The notes: generated by a model from the letters alone, not told the origin. Positions 1 to 7,926 are shown, counted from the stretch's first letter. The stretch: 11,467 nt of DNA from Candidatus Krumholzibacteriia bacterium (GCA_029863805.1 JAOTUR010000097.1:1-11467); one strand, 5' to 3'. A program made the numbers and translations.

Positions 1-1
1 T

Positions 2-277
2 GGAATCCGCGTCATACTGAAAGACCACGAAGGGGTTTATCAAGATTTCTATCTCGTCTACTTTACCGATTTTGGGCAGAGCTCTCTCGATATCTTTGTC
101 TACTATTTCACAAAGACGACGAACTGGGCCGAGTACTTGCGCGTGCGTCAAGACATCAATTTGCGGATCATGGGGCTGCTGGAAAGCCTGGACATGGAGG
201 TCGCCTTCCCGTCACGTACCGTGTACCTCAGATCAGAGGGGGACGACGGCGTACCCTCTCAACCACCGCAACGATGA
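2..277 (+). CDS. Mechanosensitive ion channel MscS family, C-terminal fragment (5' end lies outside the window)
   Basis: Read in frame from nt 2 the translation is GIRVILKDHEGVYQDFYLVYFTDFGQSSLDIFVYYFTKTTNWAEYLRVRQDINLRIMGLLESLDMEVAFPSRTVYLRSEGDDGVPSQPPQR*, with a TGA stop at 275-277. The FTKTTNWAEYLRVRQDINLRIM...EVAFP segment matches the conserved C-terminal beta/alpha domain of MscS-family channels. The ORF is open to the window edge, so it is partial. Confidence 0.7.
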   Translation, partial: GIRVILKDHEGVYQDFYLVYFTDFGQSSLDIFVYYFTKTTNWAEYLRVRQDINLRIMGLLESLDMEVAFPSRTVYLRSEGDDGVPSQPPQR

Positions 278-286
278 CCACGCCGG

Positions 287-721
287 CTATCTCCCTTTGA
301 TGTAGTTTTCCAGCTGCTCGATCATGAACTCCTGCTCTGAAATAGTGGCCTTGATCACGTCACCCGACGAAAAGACGCCCAAAAGCCGCCCCTCCTCGAG
401 AACCGGCAGATGACGGATACGCTTTTCAGTCATGATCGCCATACACTCCTCGAGCGAATGCGTGGGTGTGACGTATAGAACCTTCGTAGTCATGATGTCC
501 CTTACCGGTGTTTGCTTGGACGAACGTCCCTTGAGGATCACCTTTCTCGCGTAATCCCGCTCGGAAACGATTCCCACCAATTCGCTCCCTTCCATGACTA
601 GCAGCGCCCCCACGCTCTTGTCCGCCATCAGCGCGATGGCATCATACACGGAGGTTTCGGGAGCGACTGACCACACGTCGTTCCTCTTCTTTTCCAGGAG
701 CTGCCGGACGGTTGTCATCAT
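287..721 (-). CDS. Stand-alone CBS-pair (tandem CBS domain) protein, about 144 aa
   Basis: The ORF 287..766 (-) translates to two CBS-like repeats (VYDAIALMADKSVGALLVM...LVGIVSERD and LEECMAIMTEKRIRHLPVLEEGRLLGVFSSGDV). I prefer the internal start MMTTVRQ at 721 because AAAGGAG lies 6 nt upstream (reverse complement of 722-735 reads gaaaggagtccaATGATG). The TAG stop is at 289-287, only 9 bp from the convergent mscS stop. Confidence 0.8.
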   Translation of the reverse strand: MMTTVRQLLEKKRNDVWSVAPETSVYDAIALMADKSVGALLVMEGSELVGIVSERDYARKVILKGRSSKQTPVRDIMTTKVLYVTPTHSLEECMAIMTEKRIRHLPVLEEGRLLGVFSSGDVIKATISEQEFMIEQLENYIKGR

Positions 722-750
722 TGGACTCCTTTCTTGACACGGGTTTTTGC

Positions 751-802
751 GACCGGCCTGAATCACCGGCCGGGCCGGTCAATTATAGGTCAAACTCTGA
801 CC
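751..802 (-). promoter_or_regulatory. 5' leader/promoter region of the CBS gene with two palindromes (GACCGGCC-14 nt-GGCCGGTC at 751-780; GGTCA-AACTC-TGACC at 788-802) and a minus-strand TATAAT (787-782)
   Basis: The inverted repeats are read directly from the sequence. The reverse complement of 782-787 is TATAAT, which would put the GC-rich hairpin inside the 5' UTR of the CBS-protein mRNA, upstream of its AAGGAG RBS. Confidence 0.3.
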
Positions 803-971
803 GGTTGCATCAGTTAGATGGTTCTTTTGGGGCCGGCGAGGTCGCCGGAAAACCTGGCGGGCGATTCGTTTTCGTGTTATTTTAGGCTCCTCGATCTTAA
901 ACAAGTCGTGAGTGACGATCGAAGACTGCTCGATCACGCCATCACCCGCCTTGAACCGATAGGGTCCGGCA

Positions 972-3917
972 ATGAGCCGATACAAAATCGACCGTGTTTT
1001 CTTATTTGGTGTCGTCATCTTGATGCACACCACCGCACTTCCCCTTCGTGCGCAGGAGGAGTATTTTCAACAGTTTGTACACTATACGATTCGCGCGCGA
1101 CTTGACAGCAAGAACCACAGACTCACTGGCAAAGAGACGATCGTCTACAGGAACAACTCGTCCGACACCCTCAAGACGTTTTATCTACATCTCTATCCCA
1201 ATGCGTACAAATCAAAGAATACCGCGTTGATCAAGGATATCCGGCGCTCGTTCAATTATTCGTGGATCGATCTCCCCAAAAAGCACAGGAGCTATCTGAA
1301 CATCTCGGGCGTAACGGTAAACGGCCGGGATGTGAATGCAAAGATCGACGACACCATCGCCATGTTCGATCTGGCCGCGCCGCTCTTGCCGGGCGACAGT
1401 CTGGAGGTATTCCTCGAGTTCGACCAAAAGATCCGGCGGCACATTGGTCGCGCGGGGTACAGGGGAGAGCAATACGATTTTGCGCAGTGGTATCCCAAGG
1501 TCGTGGTCTACGATGAGGACGGGTTTCACCCCGACAAGTTTCGCCGGGGTGAGTTCTACGGCGAATTTGGCACGTTCGATGTGCACCTCGAAGTCCCGGA
1601 GCACTACGTGGTGGCTGCGACTGGGGTGCTGAAGGACGGTGATCCCGGCTGGACCCTCAACGCCGTGGACAAGAAGAGTGCAGCGAGGAAGAAGGGCGAA
1701 ACCGCTTACAAGACCGTGCACTTCCACGCCGAAGATGTACATGACTTTGCGTGGAACGCCAATCCGGCGTTTGTCGTCCAGGATACAACGTGGAACGACA
1801 TTCACATCAAGAGCTTTTTCCGCAAGCATAATCGGGCTTGGAAAGACACGACGTTGGTTCACGCCGTGCGGGCGATACAGTGGCTGTCTGAACGTGTCGG
1901 ACCCTATCCCTACCCACAGGTGAGCGTGGTCGAAGCGTTGCTTAGGGGTGGTATGGAGTACCCCATGCTGGTGATGGACGGCCGGGTTAGCGAGGGCCTG
2001 GTGTTGCACGAGATCGCCCACATTTACCACTACGGCATTCTCGCAAACGACGAGCGAGAGGAGGCCTGGCTGGACGAGGGCTTTGCCACATTTCAGTCCG
2101 CCTGGTATCAACTGGAACGTTACGGTGAGCATGGAATAACCCGCGACTGGAATTGGTACCAGAAGATCACTCCCCAGTACACGGTGCTGGGAAACGCGCG
2201 GCGATGGCTTTTCAGAGTCGTGCGCCCGGGCTACGGCGAACGCATCTCCACACGGGCCGAGGATTTCAAAAACAGTTATGGAGAGATGGTGTACCGCAAG
2301 GCGGCGCTGGTGCTTTTCAGCCTGCGCTATGTCGTGGGCGAGGAGAACTTCGATCGCATTCTCAAACAATACTACGACAAGTGGAAGTTAAAACACGTAA
2401 ACGAGAGACGTTTTCAGACGGCTTGCGAAGAAGTAAGCGGCATGGATCTATCGTGGTTTTTTGAGGAGTGGCTGCATACAAAAAAGATTTGCGATTATCG
2501 CCTGGCCGAGGCAAAGACTGCACCGAGCGAATCAGGCGACGCGTATGCTGTAGACATCAAGATCGAGCGTCTGGGCGAGATCATCATGCCTCTGAAACTA
2601 GAATTCACTTTCGCCGGCGGCGGCAAAGAGACGGCACGGTTGGACGGCCGCCCGCGAACCATAAAGCAATCGTATGCATTCCCCGAGAAACCCAAGGCGG
2701 TTGCGCTGAATCCGGGAAATGAGATTATCGACATCAATATGTCCAACAACTTTCTACCTCGCAGGCGGGCGCTGCAAATCGACTGGCCCAATAACGAGTA
2801 TTATCCCGAGGACGCTTATCAAATCCGTTATAGCCCGTTTGTTTGGTACAACGACGTCGATCATTTGAGGCTGGGGCTGCACTTGAAGGGCAGCTACTTC
2901 GACTGGCATCGCCGTGTGAGGCTTGGTGTCTATTACGGCACCAACAGTGAGCGTTTGGACTTTCTGGCGTCGTATACCAAACCGGTCAGGATTTTTGGTA
3001 ACAATGGGACTTTGAAGACTTCGGGTTACAAGCTGGAAGGCAGACAGGATTTTGCGTTAACCCTCGATCTCAAGAAGAGAAACGAGCTGATCCGCCCCCC
3101 CACGCAGCGGCTGAGCATCGGAGTCAACTATCACGAACTGACCGATCGCCGCTATGTGGCCAACGCGACAGAAACCTATCAAACCGGTGCTGTGGTTATT
3201 CCCCTACAACTCGGATACAGCATCGATCCACAGCTCGACATCCTCCAGACAGAACTCCGCCTGGGACTTCGCTTCGGCAGACGGTGGTTTGGGGGCGATT
3301 ACAAATACAGCAGCTTCACCAGTTCGGCTGCCGTCAGGACCCGGCCACAGCTGGTGCCCTTTGATGCCGGTCTTCGGCTCTTTCTGGGAATCGTCGGTGG
3401 CAGCATGCCGCTGCAGGAGAAATTCAGTCTGGCGGGTGCGGGACCGCTAGGGCAAGAGAAGTTGTTTTTCTTGAGGAGCGATGGGGCAATCTGGCCCGAT
3501 GTGAATTATCACATGCCGGGGGACGGCAACCTGCGGGGATACGCGGACGGGGCTTTTGGTGTGAACCGGCTGCTGGCAGTGAATCTTGAACTCGGCAAAG
3601 CCATCCCCTGGCTCTCCAAAGCGCCGGACCGCTGGCTGGGAACCGCAAAGCTCGTGGCTTTTGCCGACGCGGGAACTGTCTTCGATCGCGATAACCCCGT
3701 AACGAGCAGTACTCGCATCCAGCAGCTGGTCGACGAAGGGATTTTGGACAAGGGTCTTTTTGACGCTGGGGTCGGGTTGCGGTTAAAGCGGCACCTTGGG
3801 GTCTACAACGTGGATCTTCGTTTCGATGTTCCCTTCTACGTAAACCACCCAGAGATCAACGGCGAGAAAGACGAAACCAAGTATCGCTACTTGCTGAGCC
3901 TCACATCGTTTTTCTGA
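972..3917 (+). CDS. Secreted gluzincin (M1-like) zinc metallopeptidase domain fused to a C-terminal Omp85/bacterial-surface-antigen-type outer-membrane beta-barrel (981 aa)
   Basis: N-terminal signal-peptide-like segment MSRYKIDRVFLFGVVILMHTTALPLRAQ. GGMEYP (GAMEN-like) sits at about aa 325. HEIAH is at aa 346-350 (nt 2007-2021), with E in WLDEGFATF exactly 18 residues after the second His, the HEXXH-X18-E gluzincin signature of family M1. An all-beta-looking linker spans aa ~508-590 (AVALNPGNEIIDINMSNN). From about aa 592 (nt ~2746) an amphipathic beta-strand-rich ~390-aa region carries the FSLAGAGPLG...GDGNLRGYADGAFG (Omp85 loop-6 [VIL]RG[FY]-like) and AFADAGTVFD motifs. The protein ends in ...KYRYLLSLTSFF (C-terminal Phe, the OMP signature). 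The ORF is a single intact frame. Confidence 0.85.
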   Translation: MSRYKIDRVFLFGVVILMHTTALPLRAQEEYFQQFVHYTIRARLDSKNHRLTGKETIVYRNNSSDTLKTFYLHLYPNAYKSKNTALIKDIRRSFNYSWIDLPKKHRSYLNISGVTVNGRDVNAKIDDTIAMFDLAAPLLPGDSLEVFLEFDQKIRRHIGRAGYRGEQYDFAQWYPKVVVYDEDGFHPDKFRRGEFYGEFGTFDVHLEVPEHYVVAATGVLKDGDPGWTLNAVDKKSAARKKGETAYKTVHFHAEDVHDFAWNANPAFVVQDTTWNDIHIKSFFRKHNRAWKDTTLVHAVRAIQWLSERVGPYPYPQVSVVEALLRGGMEYPMLVMDGRVSEGLVLHEIAHIYHYGILANDEREEAWLDEGFATFQSAWYQLERYGEHGITRDWNWYQKITPQYTVLGNARRWLFRVVRPGYGERISTRAEDFKNSYGEMVYRKAALVLFSLRYVVGEENFDRILKQYYDKWKLKHVNERRFQTACEEVSGMDLSWFFEEWLHTKKICDYRLAEAKTAPSESGDAYAVDIKIERLGEIIMPLKLEFTFAGGGKETARLDGRPRTIKQSYAFPEKPKAVALNPGNEIIDINMSNNFLPRRRALQIDWPNNEYYPEDAYQIRYSPFVWYNDVDHLRLGLHLKGSYFDWHRRVRLGVYYGTNSERLDFLASYTKPVRIFGNNGTLKTSGYKLEGRQDFALTLDLKKRNELIRPPTQRLSIGVNYHELTDRRYVANATETYQTGAVVIPLQLGYSIDPQLDILQTELRLGLRFGRRWFGGDYKYSSFTSSAAVRTRPQLVPFDAGLRLFLGIVGGSMPLQEKFSLAGAGPLGQEKLFFLRSDGAIWPDVNYHMPGDGNLRGYADGAFGVNRLLAVNLELGKAIPWLSKAPDRWLGTAKLVAFADAGTVFDRDNPVTSSTRIQQLVDEGILDKGLFDAGVGLRLKRHLGVYNVDLRFDVPFYVNHPEINGEKDETKYRYLLSLTSFF

Positions 3918-3938
3918 TAACAAGATCCGCGCTATGCA

Positions 3939-5474
3939 TCAGTGGTCGGCACGGATGTCCACGCCCGTCATCTCCGGCGGTGGGTCGATGCCCAGATAGT
4001 TGCAGATGGTCGGAGCGATTTCCTTGAGAGCCCCATCCCGAATCAACTTTCCTCGGTAGTGTTGATCGACCAGGACGCAAGGCACCGGCAAGGTGGTGTG
4101 CGCCGTATGCGGCCCACCGGTTGCCGGGTCGACCATCATCTCGGCGTTGCCGTGATCGGCGCTGACGATGGCGGCATCCGTCTCGAGATCCATCGCATCG
4201 AGTACACGACCGACGCAGGTGTCCACGGTCTCGACGGCCCTGATTGCCGCCTCCAGCACACCGGTGTGGCCCACCATATCCGGGTTGGCATAATTGCAGA
4301 TAATGTAATCATGTCGTCTTTCGCCCAGGGTCTTAACCAGAGTGTCGGTCAGCTCATAGGCGCTCATCTCGGGCTTCATATCGTATGTGGCCACTTTGGG
4401 AGAAGGGATCAGGATGCGATCCTCTCCCCGGAAGCTCGCCTCCTCGCCGCCATTAAAAAAGTAGGTCACATGGGCATACTTTTCCGTTTCCGCAATACGC
4501 AGGCTCGTGCACCCGGCATTAGCCGTAACCTCGGCGAGGATGTTCTTGATGTGAATTGGCGGAAAGGCAACGGGCAGTGCAAAACGACGGTCGTACTCGG
4601 TCATGCACACGAACTTGACCTTTGGACACCGATCGCGCACAAATCCCTCGAAATCTCGATCGTTGAAGGCGCTGGTAATCTGCCGGGCCCGATCGGCCCG
4701 AAAATTGAAAAACACAATCGCATCGCCATCGATGACGTTGCCAACCGGCTCACCTCGGTCGTCTACTACAACAATAGGCTCGATGAATTCGTCGGTGACC
4801 CCTTCATCGTATGAACCTTGCAGCGCGACGCGACAATCCCTGGTTTGGTTTCCCTTTCCCACCGTGTAGGCATCGTAGGCCTTCTTTACGCGATCCCACC
4901 GTTTGTCCCGATCCATACAAAAATAGCGGCCGACCACCGTGGCGACGCTTCCGATCGCTTTGTCTGTAAAGATCTGCTCGAGCTCGGTGAGAAATCTTTT
5001 GCCACCGGTGGGGGAGGTATCGCGTCCATCCATGATGGGATGGACAAAAACTGTCCCCACTTTGTTGCGCTTGGCCATTTCCAGAAGCGCGTGGAGATGA
5101 TCCAGAGAACTGTGCACACCACCCGACGAGAGCAGCCCCATCAGATGAAGCCTGCCTTTGGGCTGCACCGCGCGAACCGCGCTCAGCAGCGCCTCGTTCT
5201 CGAAGAAATCGCCGGCTTGGATAGACTTTGAGATCCTCGCTATGTCCTGATAAACCACGCGTCCAGCACCCAGGTTGAGGTGGCCGACCTCGCTGTTTCC
5301 CATCTGTCCATCGGGCAGCCCCACGTGAGCGCCGGATGTGTTGAGCGTCGTATACGGGTAGTCCTTACAGATTCTGTCGACCACCGGCGTCCTGGCCATC
5401 TTTACCGCGTTTGCACGAGCGTCTTCGCGCAGACCCCAGCCGTCCATGACAATAAAGACAACGCGTCTTTTCAA
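3939..5474 (-). CDS. gpmI: 2,3-bisphosphoglycerate-independent phosphoglycerate mutase (iPGM)
   Basis: 511-aa translation with hallmark iPGM motifs: VVFIVMDGWG, GNSEVGHLNLGAGR, HLMGLLSSGGVHS, ADHGNAE, and the expected length. The start codon at 5474 appears to be TTG (reverse complement reads TTG AAA AGA CGC GTT = M K R R V), preceded by a G-rich stretch. The stop TGA is at 3941-3939, 21 bp from the convergent upstream gene. Confidence 0.9.
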   Translation of the reverse strand: MKRRVVFIVMDGWGLREDARANAVKMARTPVVDRICKDYPYTTLNTSGAHVGLPDGQMGNSEVGHLNLGAGRVVYQDIARISKSIQAGDFFENEALLSAVRAVQPKGRLHLMGLLSSGGVHSSLDHLHALLEMAKRNKVGTVFVHPIMDGRDTSPTGGKRFLTELEQIFTDKAIGSVATVVGRYFCMDRDKRWDRVKKAYDAYTVGKGNQTRDCRVALQGSYDEGVTDEFIEPIVVVDDRGEPVGNVIDGDAIVFFNFRADRARQITSAFNDRDFEGFVRDRCPKVKFVCMTEYDRRFALPVAFPPIHIKNILAEVTANAGCTSLRIAETEKYAHVTYFFNGGEEASFRGEDRILIPSPKVATYDMKPEMSAYELTDTLVKTLGERRHDYIICNYANPDMVGHTGVLEAAIRAVETVDTCVGRVLDAMDLETDAAIVSADHGNAEMMVDPATGGPHTAHTTLPVPCVLVDQHYRGKLIRDGALKEIAPTICNYLGIDPPPEMTGVDIRADH

Positions 5475-5499
5475 CGTCCGCCCCCAGCAACAAAATCTC

Positions 5500-7758
5500 T
5501 CAGTTTGCTTTCAGTTGAGACCGAACTTTGTCCAGGTTCACCTGCGCGCTACGATTCGCCGGATCGATCACAAGCGCCTTCTCGAACTCTGTCTCGGCAA
5601 GGTCCAACAACCCCATCGTAGCATAAATAGATCCCAGCGTGAGATGACCGTTGGCATATTTGGGTTCGATCGCCACCGATTCTTCGCTGTAGCGGCGAGC
5701 CCGATCGAGCTGTTTGAGTGACATGAACATCACCGCCAGATTGTTCATGGCGTAAACATCTTCGGGGTTTAGCTGGATGGCCTTTTTTAGCGATGCCTCC
5801 GCCTTGTCGTACTGCTTCAGCTTGCCATAACAAACCCCGAGATTATTGAGCGCACCGGGAAAATTCGGATTGATCGCCAATGCCTTTTCGAACTCGGCTA
5901 TCGCCTCACTGTACCTGCCTTGTTCCTGGTATCGTTGTCCCAGGTTGTTGTAGGCGTCCGGATTGTCGGGAGTGATATAGCCGAGGGCCTCGAGCTTTTT
6001 TAGCGCCTCATCGGTGGCCGCTCCACCGCTGGTGAGCGCCAGGTCGTCAACCTCGCGCTCCCGATCGAGCGAGGACACCACGCTCCGGTTCACACGCGAT
6101 GCGAGAACATCTGCAAAAGCGCTCTCGAGAATCTTGCCCGGCATATCCTGCGGCTTTGGTAATCCCTGCAAGGCGAGGAAGGTTGGGGCAATATCCAGGA
6201 TAGAGGCGCCCTCGATCGCGAACCCTGTGCGAATGCCGTTGCCATAGAGACAGATGATCCCATCGAGGCGATGCCAAAAGGCCGCTTTGCCCGCCCAAAT
6301 CTCGGGACGCTGCTGGGGTCGCGACTCACCGCTTTTGAAGCCATGGTCTGAGGCTACGATGAGAACCGTGTTGTCATCGCACTTGTCGATGAACTCACCG
6401 ATGATGCTATCCTGCATAACGTAGGCGGCGGTGACCGCATCCTTGTTTATCTCGTATCCCGATTCATCGACGTGAGGTCGACGGGGTGGCGCATAGTGCA
6501 TGAAGAGGTGCTTTGTCGCATCCACCAACTCAAAATAAGTCGCCAAGAAATCGGGCTGATCACCGGCAAAAAGGTGATTGGTAATGCGGCGATAGGTTTT
6601 GGCGGAGGCATACAGCATGAGCATGCTGCTGATCGGATTCTTGGGATCGAACGCGCTCGATCGGTTCTGTATGAACGCCGCCCGATCCAGATGTACGAAC
6701 GGATAAAACTCCTCGTAACTCACTGAGGTGCTCGGCGTCACCAGACCCCTTAGCTCGTCCATTCGCTCGACGGGCGAGACAGTGCCTGCCGTCGCCTCCC
6801 CGGCATCCGCGTAGGCCAGATAGCCAAAACGATCCGTCACCATAACGCCACTTATCGGTTCCGCCGGAAACGTCGCCAGCCATCCGATCACGTCGACCGA
6901 CCGGTGGTAGTCGCTGAGGATATTCCAGAATGCATCCACCTTGCGATACAGCCGGCTTATCGGTAATTTCTTTCCCGTCTCGGGATCCGCCACGGTGAAA
7001 TTCAGGATGCCGTGCTCTTCGGGCAGTCTTCCGGTCGCCATCGTTGTCCAAATCAGCGGTGAGAGCAAAGGCTCGATCGAGGTGAGCGGGCCGCTGGCGC
7101 CCTCGCGAACCAATTTCTTGAAGTTGGGCAAGCGATTCTGGGCAATGAGTTCGTCGATGATGTGCCAGTCTGCACCGTCGACGCCGACGAAAACGACTTT
7201 GCGAAGCGGCCGGGGATCTACAGAAAGGGGCAAAACATCACCGCTGACCTGCCACTCGTCCACTCGGCATGACATGACAGAGAAGCCGGCGTTTGTTACC
7301 TCTCCCGCTATACCGGTGACGATGGCTTCCGCAAAGCCATCGGGCATCGCTCCCGTACTCGTCACAGAAAAGTTCGCCGTCTCGATCTCGACGGTCTCTT
7401 TTACAATTCGCTCCGAGCCGCTGTAAAAATCTTCACCCAGCGTGCTGTAGATGGTTTGCGCCGTTCCCGGCGGCACCTCCAGGCGCAGGCTGACAGCGAC
7501 CGAGACATCCACTCCGTCGCCCGACAGAACCGGATAGGCTCCCTGGTCAGGATACCGGTACTCCACCTCTCCGACCGGGTAGATGATAAACGGTCCCGCA
7601 AAAGGACGTACAAAATGCGTGCCGGCACCATAGCCCGCAGACATCCCCTTCTTGCCGATAAGGATTGCCTGGTGACCGTTGGGGACGCGCTTAATAGTGC
7701 TCCCCAGCACCACGGCGATGACTGCTACACCCAGCGCGGGTAGGAGGTATTTTTTCAT
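5500..7758 (-). CDS. Membrane-anchored multidomain protein: N-terminal TM/signal anchor, SPFH(band-7)-like region, type I phosphodiesterase/nucleotide pyrophosphatase (alkaline phosphatase superfamily) domain, C-terminal TPR repeats (752 aa)
   Basis: Start chosen at MKKYLLPALGVAVIAVVLG (ATG at 7758-7756). GAGGA lies 9 nt upstream (reverse complement gaggataactgccATG). The track ORF extends 41 codons further upstream, but without an RBS there. VPNGHQAILIGKKG...GTHFVRPFAGPF resembles the start of SPFH/band-7 domains. VVFVGVDGADW...SPLIWTTMATGRLPEEHGI...ASDHGF match the nucleophile and metal-ligand motifs of PF01663-type NPP/AP-superfamily enzymes. The C-terminus has about 4-5 TPR units (AYNNLGQRYQEQGRYSEAIAEFEKALAINP; GALNNLGVCYGKLKQYDKAEASLKKAIQLNP; AMNNLAVMFMSLKQLDRARRYSEESVAIEP; GHLTLGSIYATMGLLDLAETEFEKALVIDP). 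The stop is 25 bp upstream of the gpmI start on the same strand. Confidence 0.8.
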   Translation of the reverse strand: MKKYLLPALGVAVIAVVLGSTIKRVPNGHQAILIGKKGMSAGYGAGTHFVRPFAGPFIIYPVGEVEYRYPDQGAYPVLSGDGVDVSVAVSLRLEVPPGTAQTIYSTLGEDFYSGSERIVKETVEIETANFSVTSTGAMPDGFAEAIVTGIAGEVTNAGFSVMSCRVDEWQVSGDVLPLSVDPRPLRKVVFVGVDGADWHIIDELIAQNRLPNFKKLVREGASGPLTSIEPLLSPLIWTTMATGRLPEEHGILNFTVADPETGKKLPISRLYRKVDAFWNILSDYHRSVDVIGWLATFPAEPISGVMVTDRFGYLAYADAGEATAGTVSPVERMDELRGLVTPSTSVSYEEFYPFVHLDRAAFIQNRSSAFDPKNPISSMLMLYASAKTYRRITNHLFAGDQPDFLATYFELVDATKHLFMHYAPPRRPHVDESGYEINKDAVTAAYVMQDSIIGEFIDKCDDNTVLIVASDHGFKSGESRPQQRPEIWAGKAAFWHRLDGIICLYGNGIRTGFAIEGASILDIAPTFLALQGLPKPQDMPGKILESAFADVLASRVNRSVVSSLDREREVDDLALTSGGAATDEALKKLEALGYITPDNPDAYNNLGQRYQEQGRYSEAIAEFEKALAINPNFPGALNNLGVCYGKLKQYDKAEASLKKAIQLNPEDVYAMNNLAVMFMSLKQLDRARRYSEESVAIEPKYANGHLTLGSIYATMGLLDLAETEFEKALVIDPANRSAQVNLDKVRSQLKAN

Positions 7759-7926
7759 GGCAGTTATCCTCGGTGACGGCTGCGCAGATCGAAGTCGGTG
7801 AGCCTGAAAAGACGGGATCTTCGAGTCGCCGCAGCGTAATGCGTCGATTTCCAAAGTAGCCACTTTGCGAGTCGGGGTCAAGCGGGTTGCAGCCCGGTGC
7901 CTGGGCGAAACCGTTTGTTTTTACGC

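Noticed and set aside
779-1033. 84-aa minus-strand ORF spanning the divergent intergenic region and the first 60 nt of the M1-Omp85 gene, and 818..1105 (+)
   Set aside because: They overlap the confidently called start and signal peptide of the large gene. There is no RBS. They are more likely promoter DNA read in frame.
1212-2369. 385-aa ORF on the minus strand
   Set aside because: It lies entirely antisense to the motif-rich M1 catalytic domain gene. The translation is Arg/Pro/His-rich low-complexity with no recognisable domain, a typical shadow ORF in GC-rich DNA.
3942-4814. 290-aa ORF on the plus strand
   Set aside because: Antisense to gpmI, whose frame carries unmistakable iPGM motifs. 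No RBS and no domain.
6560-7051. 163-aa minus-strand ORF, and neighbouring 6941..7426 (+), 6472..6726 (+), 6014..6344 small ORFs
   Set aside because: All are alternative frames or antisense within the NPP-TPR gene. The translations are Arg/Gly/Ser-rich and low-complexity.
7759-7881. 41-codon N-terminal extension of the NPP-TPR ORF (MTPTRKVATLEIDALRCGDSK...)
   Set aside because: The internal ATG at 7758 has a GAGGA RBS and is followed directly by a signal-anchor helix. The extension has no RBS and lies in the shared promoter region.
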